Origin: Geosiphon pyriformis uo1
Lineage: Eukaryota > Fungi > Glomeromycota
NCBI GenBank assembly: GCA_016748015.1
Contig: JAAOMT010000752.1
Coordinates: forward strand, 194,976-258,975
Direction of reading: 5' to 3'
DNA length: 64,000 nt
Position numbers and translations under genes: made by a program. Numbering within the stretch: position 1 is the first letter of the stretch; every line of letters begins with the position of its first letter. Positions 13,572 through 26,896 of the stretch are shown in pieces. The notes under the pieces were generated by a model. The model was not told where the DNA came from. It ran no database searches and saw only the letters and a program-made list of their open reading frames with translations.

Positions 13572-15885
13572 ATGGAGCAAAAGCTAATCGAGTTAACCTC
13601 CGCCTCCAAAAAGGCCCTTGAACTTGGTGAAAACTTATGTTCGAAGGCCAACCTTCTTGAAAAGGAGTGCAAAGTCGATGTCGAAAGGATTGAACGAGTT
13701 TACCCCAAGTTACGTTTTTTTTGGGGCGAGTTGCAAGTTCAAGTTAAAGCAAGTACCGACATATAAAGTAACGGACCTTCAAACCAGTTAAATACCCTAA
13801 TGTTAACTGCTTAAAAATTTTGAAGACTGTCGAAAGGTTGGGGGAATTCGCCGCAAAACAAAATGGCTTTGTGAGGCAGTTTTATTTTGTAGGTGATTCC
13901 TTTCGTTTCTCCCCCAATGCTTGTTCTACCTAGAAAATAGGTATTATTGCGGGCGATGCCGCTTGCAGAAATGTATCCATTATGAAGTTTTTGTTTTCAT
14001 TATTTTATTGATCTATTACTCGAATCACTTTACCACTTTTTAGACAAAGGAGAAGGAGTTATTAACAATACTTGAAGAATTGGAAAGCACCTTAGATATA
14101 CTACGCTCTAAACCAGTTGATCCCGCTATTAGAAAAAATGCCATCAATCTCGCCTCAGATAATGTGTTAGCGATAGATAATCAATCTGGTGAAGTTTCCC
14201 TCAGAGGTTTAATTGATCCCGATATTGGGGAAAAAGACAAGATTGAAAAGGCAACACTATATGACTATGTTGATGAGCAAAGTGTACAAGAATTGAAAAT
14301 CAGAACACAAGAAGAAGTTTCTGCGATGCAGGTATATTTATTTTTTAATTATACGAATTTTAATTCCAATTTTAATGAAAATCTCTGGATTTTTTTTCTA
14401 AAGCAAATTCTTAGTGATAGCACGAATTTGGTGTCTCATATTGACGTACAGCTCGAACATTTTCGTGCACGGCTTAATGAGCATTCTATTTCTTTAGAAG
14501 AATCTGGCATAGAATTTTCGGATGAGAAATGTAAAATTCAAGAACGCGAAATAAATTCGATGGCAGAGACCCTGATGTCACTAGCTAGGCATTATGATCA
14601 AGTTAGCGGGGCATTCAAGTGAGGAGTTGCAGTTTTTTATTGTTTATTTGAAAATTAATTTTGATATTTTAATTATATTTTATAATAGAGCGTTACAATC
14701 ACATAGCGAGTTCGATATATCTGGTTAGGGTTTTGTGATATAAGTTTTTATTGATTCATATATTAATTTTACTGCAATAAATTAATCAAATGGTTGATTT
14801 AAAGTGCTTATTCGAGACACTGATGAGATACCCACGATTGTCGAAGAATTAAATGAAGCACTTATGATTATCGGATCAACTAGGTACCTCCTTGAAATCT
14901 TTTATCATTCACTTATTTAAAATATGTTAATTGCCAACCAACATCCTGTTCCAGTGAAGAAGTACGCATAAGAAGTCACTTATACAATGCATCATACGCA
15001 GAAGCTTCAAAATTCTTCATCGAGTTGGACCAGTTTGGTGATCGAATGGAAGACATCGCTGGGACTATGAAAGCCATTGATGTAAGTGATCCAATTAATT
15101 ACCATGGGATTATAATCAATCAATTGATTTTGTCTTTGATTTTATAGGGAGATTTCGAAAAAGGAAGATCTGTTGTTGAAAGACTATTTGAAGAGCTTTG
15201 GAATTTAATTGGATGGTGAATTATCAAATCATTTCATTTTTGACTCTGTGCTATAATTATTTAATTGCTAATATACTAGTTTTTAAGAATCATTTGATTT
15301 TCAAATATTTGGGTTAAATCAGGTATGAAGAATTCTCAAAATCTTATGATTATCTCATCATTGAAATTGATCGTCGTCATGAAGTAAGGGAACACCACGA
15401 AAGATTAGCAGAGGAATATTTAGCAAAGCTTGAAGGCTTATACATTGGTAAATCTATTTTATTGCTCAAATCATTATTTCAATTTAATTGGATTGACCAA
15501 TTTTACTTTGAATTTCAGAGGAAGCCCAGCAAAGGAGCGTTTTCTTTGAAAAGCATGGTCGATATTTACCTATAGATTTATGTCCTCCTATATTGGTATC
15601 TTGATAGAATAGAAAACTTTGAGGTTCATGGTGATGCATGCAAGGTTCAGAATGAATCTAATGACTCTATATATAGGAGGGACCGATTCGATACGATATC
15701 GTTGCGCAAGATGTAACTCGTTTACCAGTTGTATCGGTTACTACACTGAAAGAGGTGAATGTCTTTGGGGCACTGTGATAGAAGGATCTGTAAATATAAA
15801 AATCAAAATCTACATCGAACTGATAAAATTTATTTGAACATAGGCCCAGACCAATTTATTGAGATATGGAGAGAATGTTCCATAA
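13572..15885 (+). CDS. ATG17: Autophagy-related protein 17, multi-exon; last exon tentative
   Basis: Spliced translation includes KATLYDYVDEQSV, MAETLMSLARHYDQ, WYEEFSKSYDYLIIEIDRRH and EEAQQRSVFFEKHGRYLPIDLCP, typical of the Atg17 coiled-coil family. Confidence 0.88.
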
Positions 15886-17027
15886 ACATCAGGTCTTTCT
15901 TGGGGACTTTGATTTTAAATATGAATATAGACGCGGTGAGATTTTGTCAATCATTTATTGTTATAAGATTACCCAAAATTAACACAATTTTACCAAGTAT
16001 TTTCAATTTAGGTTTCATTTACACTTGTTCAAGAAAAATCTATTATCCCGATAAGGCAAGATAATCTTATTAGACCATATAATTGACACAACCATTAACC
16101 TGATTTACGTAAACTACTCAGCCAACGGTAGATTCCCAGTTCTATAAGTAAGCCTTAATTTGTCATTTAATTATTTTGAGAGTAACTTGCTCTCTGTTTT
16201 AATAATAAATGATGTTAGGAACTTAATTTTTTAAAGAATAAAATATAATATGGAAGCAAAAAAAACTTTTTAAAATAATTTAAAGCCAATTGTTTGTTTA
16301 ATTAATATTACGATTTTTTTTTAAGTTATATATATTTTAATAAATAAACTTTTATTTTTTGAACAAAATATTCAAGTTTTTATTAATTTAGAAATAAATA
16401 TTTTTTAATAAAATTAACATATTATTAATTAATTTTTTAACTGTTTGAAAATATTTGAATTTATTTTATTTATTAAATAACAAATTAGAGTTATCAATAA
16501 TGTAGATTTTGAAAAAAGTTAAAAAATTAAGCATTTTTTATAAAAAATATATATATATATTTAAATATATTAAACAAGAAAATAATGATAAAACAATAAC
16601 AATTTCAAATTACTACTTGGAATTTTAAACAGATATTTAAAGTACAAAATAATATAATACTTAGATTACACTTTAATACTAATACTATAAATATAAGATT
16701 TATTGAACTGTATATTATCTTAATATAACTTATATAAAAAATTAAAAAATTTAATTATATATTTAGGTATGATTATAATTGTTAAATACAGTCAGACCTC
16801 CATAAAAGAACCCTCAATAAAAGAACAACCTCTTACAAAGAACAGTTTTTTATAGAACCAATTGATTAATTAACAATTTTCCCTTTATATAAGAACAATC
16901 TATAAAGGAACAAGAACATAATTTTATCAAACGTTTATTCGAAATTTACCTTCATATAAGAACAAATATCACGTGCTAGATGTTAATTGGTAATTGGGAA
17001 AAGAGTTAGACTTGCTAAATTATCACA

Positions 17028-18661
17028 ATATCGGAACCTTTATTCAAAAAACAAAAACGAGCAGCAGTTAATGATGCTTTTCGTAAAGAAATTTGTCAAT
17101 ATTCCGAAAATCACTATGGCACGAAACATGATTATATTGTAGCTTACTTCAATCATAAATATCCAGAACTTCATATTTCTCGTCCAACTGTCTCCAAGAT
17201 AATCAAAGAGCATGCAAAGTGGTTGAATATTGAAATTGATGAAATCTCAGAAAGATCTATTCAACACAAAAGCGTTAAATTTCCATTATTAGACCAAGAT
17301 TTAAGTTATTGGGTAGAACAAATAACTGCAGCCACTATCGAATTCAATGATCAACTAATTAAAGAGAAAGGAAAAGAATTTGCCAAACTTCTTGGTATGC
17401 ACGAAAATGAAATGCAATTCTCAAATGGATGGGTTCAAAAATTCAAAAAAATGAAACCAGTTACGTGTTTACCGATATCATGGTGAAGTAGGAAGTGTAT
17501 CAACTGAAAGTTTACCAGAAGAACGAAGAAAATTAAAAATCATTATATCCAAATTTGATCCTGCTGACATATATAATGCTGATGAAACAGGATTATTTTT
17601 TCGTATGGGACCAAATCAAACACTTGCAAAATGTCGAAATGCAGGAAAAAAATTGGTATATTATATTTACTAATTGTTATTGTTATATATTATTGTTATA
17701 TTAAATTAATTGGGTTTTTTATAGGATAAATCTCAGATTACAATTCTTCTTGCTACAAATTCAACTGGATCTCACAAATTGCAGCCTTTAGTAATTGGAC
17801 ATGCAAAAAATCCAAGATGCTTTAAAGGAATTAATACTTCNNNNNNNNNNNNNNNNNNNNNNNNNNNNNNNNNNNNNNNNNNNNNNNNNNNNNNNNNNNN
17901 NNNNNNNNNNNNNNNNNNNNNNNNNNNNNNNNNNNNNNNNNNNNNNNNNNNNNNNNNNNNNNNNNNNNNNNNNNNNNNNNNNNNNNNNNNNNNNNNNNNN
18001 NNNNNNNNNNNNNNNNNNNNNNNNNNNNNNNNNNNNNNNNNNNNNNNNNNNNNNNNNNNNNNNNNNNNNNNNNNNNNNNNNNNNNNNNNNNNNNNNNNNN
18101 NNNNNNNNNNNNNNNNNNNNNNNNNNNNNNNNNNNNNNNNNNNNNNNNTAAAACAAGCAATTGATTATGTTGTTCAATCATGGTTTCAAGTAACATCTGT
18201 TACAATTCAAAACTGTTGGCAAAAAACGGATATTCTTTTCTATAGTCAAGAATTAGAAATTCAAGAATCCGAAACATCAATTACTATGAATATATTCAAC
18301 AATTTACCATCAAATGCACAACAATTGGTCAAAAATCTCGAAGACTATACTGTAGCAGTTGATGAATTATTGGCAACTGAAAATATTCTTGATGATAATG
18401 ATATTGTAGATATGGTTTTAGCCGATGCTCAAATTGAAACCAATACAATTAATGACTCGGAAGAAGAATTAGAAGAATCTCCACCTGCTATAATTACAAT
18501 TACAGAAGCATATGAAGCATTAAGAAAGGTAATTAGATTTGAAGAGCAATTAATAGAAGAAAATTTTAGTATAGAAAACCAAAATTTACTTAGAAAAAAA
18601 TTATATGAATACAAAAAAATGGAGGAAGATTCTAAAAAACAGGTAACAATTAATCAATATT

Positions 18662-18702
<41 letters not shown>

Positions 18703-18705
18703 TGA
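17028..18705 (+). pseudogene. pogo/CENP-B-like DDE_1 transposase, disrupted (ATA start, frameshift near 17451, intron 17656-17724, N gap)
   Basis: Shows CENP-B HTH segments (ISRPTVSKII; FSNGWVQKFKK), HGEVGS, YNADETGLFF, ITILLATNSTGSHKLQPLVIGHAKNPRCF, and WFQVTSVTIQNCWQKT. Confidence 0.92.
17841..18148. other. Assembly gap (N run) inside the transposase
   Basis: 308 consecutive N. Confidence 1.
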
Positions 18706-20569
18706 TTGATTTAATAAATAAATATAGTTTATTTGATAATAATTATAAAACTCTATAATAGAACACCTCTAAAATGGAACATAATTTGCATGTCCCAACT
18801 GTGTTCTTTTATAGAGGTCTGACTGTATAAGGTTTTTTGATTTAAAATTTTGAAATTAAGTATTTATAAATTGGATATTCTGAAGTTTTTGGTCAATTTT
18901 TTTTTACTTTTTAGAATGTAAAAAAGATTGATAACAAGTATTTAACTTTATATAATTTTGGTTAAAAAATTATATTAAAGAGTTAATATAAAAATACCAA
19001 AATAACTATTGTAAAAATAATAAAGTTCATCAAATTAATTGTAATTAAACATAGTAATAAAATATGAATTTTCAAAATTAAGATAAAAACAGATTATGAA
19101 TTATTGTTTTAAATGTCTGAAAATAAGTAGTAAATGTAATTAACTTTGTATAATATTATTTTAACAAAAATCTGAATGGCTAGTTACATGTTGAAAATGC
19201 ATAATTTATATTTATAATTACTGTTTGTAGTTAAGGTAAATAGTAAAAAAAACTTTTCTTAGTTAAAGTATTTTAAAAAAAATAACAATTTATAAATAAT
19301 TATTATTTTTTATTAATTCAAAACATATTTAATTTATTATGCACAATTATTACAAAAAATAATATTTGATTTATTTGTATTTTTTTGATAACTTTTTTAT
19401 TGTTTACTTTTAAATTTTATACAATAAATATGTTATTTATTTGTATATTAATAAAAGAATTTTAAGTTACATAAAATTTATAAATATTATATAACTTGAA
19501 AATAATAAAATAACTTTACACTAATATGATAATTTATTTTTATTTATAAAACAACGAAAAATCAAAAATTTATCACAATTTGGAAAACTATTAAAAAATT
19601 TTTGCAAAAACAAAAGTGATAAAACTTAAAATAATACAATTCAAAAATGTATAAAAAAAGTTTATATGTATTTAATTAATAGCTTAAAAATTTGTATACT
19701 TTTAATAAGTATAATTTATTAAACCAATTTTTTTTGCTTAAACCATAATTAATAAAAATAAAAATCACTTTTAAATTGACTGATTTAACTACCAACTTCA
19801 TTGAAATTAGTACACACAAATTCAATTCCAAATTTAAAAAACTTTTATCGATAAAATTTTTTAATTCATTCAAAATACTTAAATATTTAAATAATATTGT
19901 ATTATGTAAAATTATTACTTGGAAATAGATATTTATTATTTATTGTCTTGTCTTGAGACTTAAAAAATAAATCACCAAAAAAAAGTGTTTAAAATTCCGC
20001 AATCATCCAATAGAAAATATGTGGAGGGAATTTAAAAATTGGGATTCATCAAAACCAAAAGCCACGCGTGGAATGCTATTCCGTTAGACACAATTCTTGA
20101 ATTTATTGACTCGATGATTATGCGACCCATTGACAGACGTTTGTTTTTCGATAATAAAGTCATAGTAAAAAAGTTACATATATCGGGTAAAAAATAATTG
20201 GTATCATTTTTTAACTTGAGAAAATCGTGTGACCCGTCTCTACATATTAAATTACTTTTAAATCATGCTATGTTCTGGTTTTTTTTAAAACCAACCTCTG
20301 TCTTGCTTTGAAGATTTTTCGATTTAGAGATAGGAGCAAGGAAAAAATTTCGGTCAATCCAATTACATGTACTTGTGATTCATCAGGCACTTTAGATGTA
20401 ACTGATAAAGCAAATTATACGGTATATTGAAACTTTATTGAATTTATATGAAAAAATTGAATGAAATTAAATTATATCTAGAACTAAATATATTCAATTT
20501 CCCATTTTTAAATACATTTGCCCTTTTATAGAGGGCATTCAAATTCAATCCGAAAATATTTTATTTTAA

Positions 20570-21686
20570 TCAACGCAAAGAATATTTGGCACAGATGAGT
20601 TCCTCAATTGCTTTAACGCCACTCGACTCCAAAATCTTTACCATTTTCCCGGGTTTCCTCTCGACAGCATCATCCCAATTTGAGACAGCGTATTGAACCG
20701 CAATTTTCCTCACTTTCTCTTCGTTGTGTTTCCATCCAAAAATAAAGATCTCATCCCAAGTATCACTGTTGATACGACCTGACAATTCTTGAATTGCCAT
20801 TTTCTTCAATTCTAAAACATCAAACTCGGTCGACTGGCCGTAAACATCAAGGAGAGTTTTGATTGGAAGAGAGCTGTCAAGATCATCTTTATAAATATAA
20901 TAAAGAATAGCTCGAAACGTAATAAACTCAACAGCTTCAATTTGAATGGTGGTTTGGTTGACCCATTGATTGGAGAAAATTTGATCAAAATACGAGGACC
21001 TTGTTACTAAAGCGAAACGATGGGCATAAATGATTTTGCCATTCTTGAAGGTAAAATTGATATCTGAAAGATGTTGATTATCAAAATATCTTGTAAAATC
21101 CACAATCATTTTTTTCTGACTGGTTTGCCTGCTGTTCTCTAAAGATTTCTTTCTGAGATTTCCAAAATTTATTCGAGGATGCATGGATTGAGAACTCTGT
21201 GTAAAAAGAAGGTTATAGGGTTAATTAATTGAAAAAACCTAGAAGGTTTTCAATTCAAATAAAAAGTATCGCAGAAGATATTGCGACTCATTATCTACCT
21301 CATCAACAACCGAGCCAGTAACATCAATAATCTCCTCCTTTTCATTGCGTTCTTGTGTTTCTTGAACTTGTTTGTTGAGGCGCTCGAGCATTTTATAAGG
21401 TTTGACTGATTCTTCAAAGATGTATAGATTTCGCAGAAATTAGTTTAAGCAAAATTGATGTTATTGGCTGTCCAGGTTTTCTTAAATGCAAGATGAGCAA
21501 AAACTCACCTTTTCTTTTAAGATGAGTATTTTGATTTTTAGAAATTGTGGTTGCTGAATTGGTCTTCAAATGATCTGACTCGACGAAAGTTTCATTGATG
21601 TGTCCCACTTCTGGTGTATAGGGAAAGAAAGGTGAATCATATTCCATAATATAACAGGAATTTTCCAAGTCTAGAATTTCGACCAT
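20570..21686 (-). CDS. BTB/POZ domain protein, probably 3 exons
   Basis: HLSDINFTFKNGKIIYAHRFALVTRSSYFDQIF...FRAILYYIY. The upstream exons (21686 to about 21509; about 21412-21299) are bounded by GT/AG sites. Confidence 0.82.
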
Positions 21687-21860
21687 ATTTTTCTTTTAAG
21701 ATGAAGTTGAAGACTACAGCAAAGCGAGTAGCATGCTGTTGAAAAACTGCAGAAATTGAATCATGGACTCTTAAAATTCTAAGGAAATTCTCATTCTTTT
21801 ACAATTAGGGAAAATAATGATATCTTGATTTTATCATGGTGTGTTGAGGCTTAAAAAATG

Positions 21861-21863
<3 letters not shown>

Positions 21864-21916
<53 letters not shown>
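21864..21916. repeat. (AAT)n microsatellite
   Basis: About 17 perfect AAT units. Similar tracts lie at 18664-18700 and 25711-25753. Confidence 0.95.
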
Positions 21917-21919
<3 letters not shown>

Positions 21920-22699
21920 CTTTTAATATCTTTGATGGACTTGTGCAATTTGATTTCTAAAAAGATATCAGATGAGATTTATGGGAAATTTAAATTTCTT
22001 GTTAATGATATATAAGAAAGTTCTTACCTAAAAATATATCTGATATAATAATTAAAAAATCCAATGTGAGATTATTTGTCTTTTAAAGAATAATTACGGA
22101 GCGAACTCGAGTTTTTTAGTGATAAATAATCGGATTGATTGTTTGATATCATTTTTAGAACAATAGTTTAAATTGTTTCCAACTAAGGAATTTTTTGATT
22201 CAAAGATAAATTTAGATAAGAATAAATTGATCTCAAACTCATATTTGTGTAAAATATAAATATTAGAGTTATTTATTATTCTTTGAATTTTCTAAACTAA
22301 AATAAATTATACTTTGAAGAAAATATTAAGAAGAAAAAAAATCTAAAAATAAGATTAAGTATTTTTTAATTCTTCACCTTTTTAATGAATAAAGGTTTAT
22401 CTTTTTAATATTTTGTCGTTTACTTTATTTATTAAGGTATTTCAATATTTACCTCATATATTCCTTACAATTATCTGTATAATTTTTGGAGAATCATTTA
22501 TATTATTTTTAAATCTTTTTAAAATTCAAAATTTTTTGATTCTCGTTTCAGAATTGGGTGGCTTTATTATTAGTGATAACAAAACTTGCATTTAAAGGAG
22601 AAAATATTCATGAAAAAATGTTTAGTATTGTCACAAAGGAAAGAATCAACAAAAAACTTATGATGATTTAAAAAATAAACTATCAGCAAAGAAGCTGAG

Positions 22700-23392
22700 C
22701 TAATAAGCTACTCTTCGATTCGAGGCTAAAGAATATCTAGCATAAAAGAGCTCTTGGGCAGCTTTTACACCACCCAACCTTAAGATTTCAGAGATTTTTC
22801 CTTGGGTTAGCAGCATCAATAACTTGCTCCCATTCCGAAATAGCAAATCTGATCGCAGCTTCCTTTAGCTCGTAATCTTCGTATTTCCAACCCAACATAA
22901 AAAATGAGTCCCAATTATCAATATCAATATGCTTTATCATGCTATTAGAAAGTTGTTTGGTGAGTTCTTGAACCTGGAATTTAATTGATTTGTTGTAAAG
23001 GTCAGCAAACTTCTTGGGTGGAAATAAAGGATCCAACTCATCATGATAAAGATGGTAAAGAATAGCTTGAAACGTGACAAATTCTTCAACTTCAATTTGG
23101 ATCTTCGTTTTCAAAGCCCATTCACCTGAAAACATTTTATCGAAATAGAGATATCTTGTTGCTAAAACCAGACGATGAGCTTGGTACTCGTCCCGTTTTG
23201 GAAGATGAATTCAACATCAGAAAGGTGTTGGATGGCAAAAAATTTGGAGAAATTGACAGTCACGTTCTTAGGGCTTTTTTCCACTACTTCGGACCAGGGA
23301 GAAGTTATAGGTACCGTAAAAATTGAATCTCGTTCTTTTTTCTTTTTTTGTGTTTCGAATCCTCTAATCATGTGAGGCCTTTCAAATGTCAA
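22700..23392 (-). pseudogene. Tandem paralog of the BTB gene, frameshifted
   Basis: HLSDVEFIFQNG, then a frameshift near 23175, then RYLYFDKMFSGEW...FQAILYHLY, then a second frameshift near 22790, then GGVKAAQELFYARYSL, which matches SGVKAIEELICAKYSL of the neighbouring gene. Confidence 0.82.
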
Positions 23393-24558
23393 GAGAGGTC
23401 AATGAAAACATGAAAGAGGTAGTAAAAACTTGCAGCTTAGAAATCATCACAAAATTTTATTTAAAAAATAACTTGTTAAATTTTAATTAATTTAAATAGC
23501 ACAAAATTGATATCTTTTGGATTCAGCCTAAGATTTACAATTTTGAAAAAAACATCAAGAAAACGGGAAAACTTATTTTTTCAATCAAGACTAAAGTGGT
23601 TAATTTTTGGCACAAAAAAATCTAAAAAACAGAGTTACAATTTTTTTATGTTGTAATAACACAGGAACTTTAAAAATTACCTACTTTTTTATTTAAAGTA
23701 ATTATTTTAATTATTTTTATTGTAAAAAGTTGAAATTCTGTCAAATTTAATTTAATTTGGATAATTTGAACAATTTTTTTTTTCTGTATTAGTTAACACT
23801 TTATTATTTAATAATAATGCTGTTAGTTATATAAGAAATTTTTTTTTAAATATTTAATTTGCTCTTTTGTTGAAGTTTTTTTTTATTTTTATTTTTATTA
23901 TTATTATTGTTTTGTTCTGAAAAATTAAAAAAAAATTTATTTTTTATTTTTTATATATTTATTTAAATACAAAACAACCAAGTGACTTAGCATCTTTTTA
24001 AACATTTTACAATTTTTACACATTTTATTTAATATAATATAAATATGATTAATTATTAAAATGATAATAATATTTAAATTAATAATATTTTCAATATATA
24101 AAAAATCAATCAAATTAAAAAATAATTAAAATAAGAATACATACAATCAAGTTATTATTAAATAACTTAATAAGCTTAATCGTTTTTGTTTTTTTTCAAA
24201 ATTATAATTAATAATATCTGTTTAAAGTATATTATTTAATAAAAATTACTTAATTTAGATATTTATTCATTAATAATACATAATTCGGCCCGATAGAAAT
24301 AAATTTGAATTTAATATATTAAAATGACTGATTTTTCAATAAAATAGCATCACAATGCCTGGAAAATTTGAAAGTTATAAAGGATAATAGAATTTATTTT
24401 ACGCGTCAAATTACTTTTAAATTTTTAATGTTTGTATTAATTAGATTTAGAGTTTTTAAAATGTAAATGATGAAAGGGTAAATTCTATTTATAATAAAGG
24501 AACAATATAAATAACATAAATACAAACTCTGCCTTTGAAAGATTACTTTCTAAATCTA

Positions 24559-25711
24559 TTAAGTGTCATCTAAATATAAAATAAATAACCATTAAAAATA
24601 TTATAATGTAAAGTACATAATTATATTTAAAATTTTTTAATTTCTTACCTTTAAGGAGAAACACTAATTCTTTAAAAATAGTCAAGTAAATTAATGTAAA
24701 ATTTTAATATACTGTATAATAATTAAATTAATAAACTAATTATGTCTAAATTAAATAAACTAACCTTTTGTTTCTTGAATCATTTGCAAAGTTAAAACAC
24801 GACTTGTATAAACTGCTCCTGGATGAATACGAGTTGACGTTCTCGTTGTTGATTGATTTGTTGTCGTCGTTGATTGATTTGCTGTCGCTGAGTCGTCACT
24901 TTCTACCATTTCATTAAAGTATTTCTCTAATTCTGAAAATATATAGTCAAACGTTTTTATAACTTCTTCAGCAGTAGGACGATTCTTAGGATCAGCATCC
25001 CAACACTTTTCAATCAGTTTATCAATTGAACATGGAATAAGTGGGGAAGTAATCTTAGGTCTTTTACCATTTAAAATAGCCATTATAAGAATATTATCAT
25101 GAGAAAAATCATGAAATGGAGGCTTTCCTGTTACTAATTCCAATAATAACATTCCATAACTATAAATATCACCAGCTTTTGTAAACTTTTCTCCTCTTAA
25201 AACTTCTGGTGGAATGTATGGAATCACTCCATATATCTTTTTTTCTTTCATGTCTTTTCCTGTTGTTGGGTCTGTTGTTGTTGTTGTTGCTTCATGGTTT
25301 ACTGGTTGACATAATCCGAGGTCTCCAATATTCATTTCAACTTCATTTAATTGTAGGATGTTGCCCGGGTGTAGGTCATGATGAACCATACCAGAAGAAT
25401 GAATTTGTGAAAGTCCTTTAGCTATTTTACTCGCGATAAATAATTTATCACACCAACTTATAGAATGAAAATTTGTTGATAAATATTTTCGCATATCTCC
25501 AAGGTTAGCAAAGTCCATGACAATTCCATATTCGAGTGTTTCAGCGTTTTGCGTAATCCCATAGATTGAACAGATATAATCTAAACCCGTACCCATATTA
25601 ATAAACATAGCTCTTTGAATATTTAACTATCAACGACACAGTGCAAAAAAGTAAATAAATGATAATATAAGTAAAAATGGATTAATTAAAAATGAATTTT
25701 AGATAAATATA

Positions 25712-25754
<43 letters not shown>

Positions 25755-26205
25755 GTTTGTTTACCTCTTTAAACACTTCTGAACTGTTCGTATTTATAAA
25801 TTTTATTGCTACTTTCATCTCTAATCTTTTATATTCACCGTTACATCTTATACTCCAGGGATAAATCCATCCATCAATCCATGTTGCTTTATAAATTTTA
25901 CCGAAACCTCCTCTAGCAATTTCATTGACATTCGACAAACGCTCCCATGGAATCCATTCATAGTAAAGAACATCACCACAGTTTTGATTATTCTTATTAG
26001 GTGGAATATAAATTGGATTCTTAATTATTTCATCAACTACTTTATTGCCACTTGAAAAGTCTTGGTAAAGTTTTTCAAAAAATATGAACCAGCATGGACT
26101 ACACCAATTATTACTATTATTTTTAATGGTCTCTTGACATTTTTCACACTCATTGCAATCATGAGATTCTAGACGAGTTATTCTTTTAATTTCTTTGTTT
26201 TCCAT
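24559..26205 (-). CDS. Tyrosine-kinase-like Ser/Thr protein kinase of the Glomeromycotina-expanded type; last two small exons tentative
   Basis: YEWIPWERL, IARGGFGKIYKATW, VAIK, HHDLHPGNIL, GDLGLC, YGVIPYIPPE, DIYSYGM, CWDADPKNRPT, and HPGAVYTSR. Confidence 0.92.
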
Positions 26206-26371
26206 GGTATGAATAAGTACGGATAAAATGTAAATAGATTATTATTTGAAGAGGGTTTTTTTTGAAAATGTTTATTTGATAGTACGTTTAAAAAGTAATT
26301 TATTTAAACGCCGAGTTCTTATTTATATTGTTTCTCTGTGTTCACATAGTAAAAAAATCAATTTATTATAC

Positions 26372-26595
26372 TAAATAGGTTTAAGTAGCCACGGTACACA
26401 AAGAAATACGCCAAACAAGTTTCCCATTATCTCATTTTCTTCTTACCCAAATGAGTTATATGATTTAATCATAAGACTGTGTTCTTTTATAGAGGTCTGA
26501 CTGTAGTTTTAATTATGAATAAATTTAGGTAGCTATAGTAAAAAAAGACGCCAAACAAGTTTCCTATTGTCTCATTGTATTGTTGCCTAAATGAG
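26372..26595. repeat. Imperfect direct repeat of about 80 bp (period about 140 bp) flanking the solo TIR
   Basis: ACGCCAAACAAGTTTCCcATTaTCTCATT...AAATGAG at about 26408-26455 and ACGCCAAACAAGTTTCCtATTgTCTCATT...AAATGAG at about 26548-26595. Confidence 0.85.
26476..26505 (+). mobile_element. Solo right TIR of the pogo element, with TA
   Basis: ACTGTGTTCTTTTATAGAGGTCTGACTGTA is identical (30/30) to 18798-18827. Confidence 0.93.
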
Positions 26596-26748
26596 CAGTT
26601 CAATTTCTTTGTAGAGCAAATAAATGTGACTTGTTGTGAAACATAAAATATTGTTTACGATAAAAAATTTAAAGCATTTAATAAAATACATATATATTAT
26701 TTAAATATAAACATGATTCGTTGTTTCAATTATTTTCTCGAAGCTTTC

Positions 26749-26896
26749 GCTGCATGTAAATTCATATATTTTGAAAAATTTTAAGAATTTAATCTATATT
26801 CCATATGATACAGTTAAAAAATATGATAAAGTTAACAAATATGTTAATTTTCATTGTTATGAATGGATTCCATAGGAGCCTTTGTCAAATATCAAC
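26749..26896 (+). pseudogene. Remnant of a paralogous TKL kinase N-terminal region
   Basis: ACKFIYFEKF and CYEWIP*EPLSNIN match PCWFIFFEKL and YYEWIPWERLSNVN of the adjacent kinase. Confidence 0.75.

Larger units (their letters stand above)
16789..18825 (+). mobile_element. pogo/Tigger-family (Tc1/mariner) DNA transposon, about 2.04 kb, with TIRs and TA target-site duplication
   Basis: Left end TA|CAGTCAGACCTCCATAAAAGAAC (16789). Right end GTTCTTTTATAGAGGTCTGACTG|TA (ends 18825). The TIRs match 22/23, and subterminal ATAA(A)GAAC-like repeats occur at both ends. Confidence 0.95.

Noticed and set aside
16800-16965. Spaced short repeats superficially like a CRISPR array
   Set aside because: Irregular 8-10 bp motifs inside a pogo terminus in a eukaryote; best explained as transposase-binding repeats.
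17788-18196. ORFs made of X residues
   Set aside because: Artefacts of the N gap.
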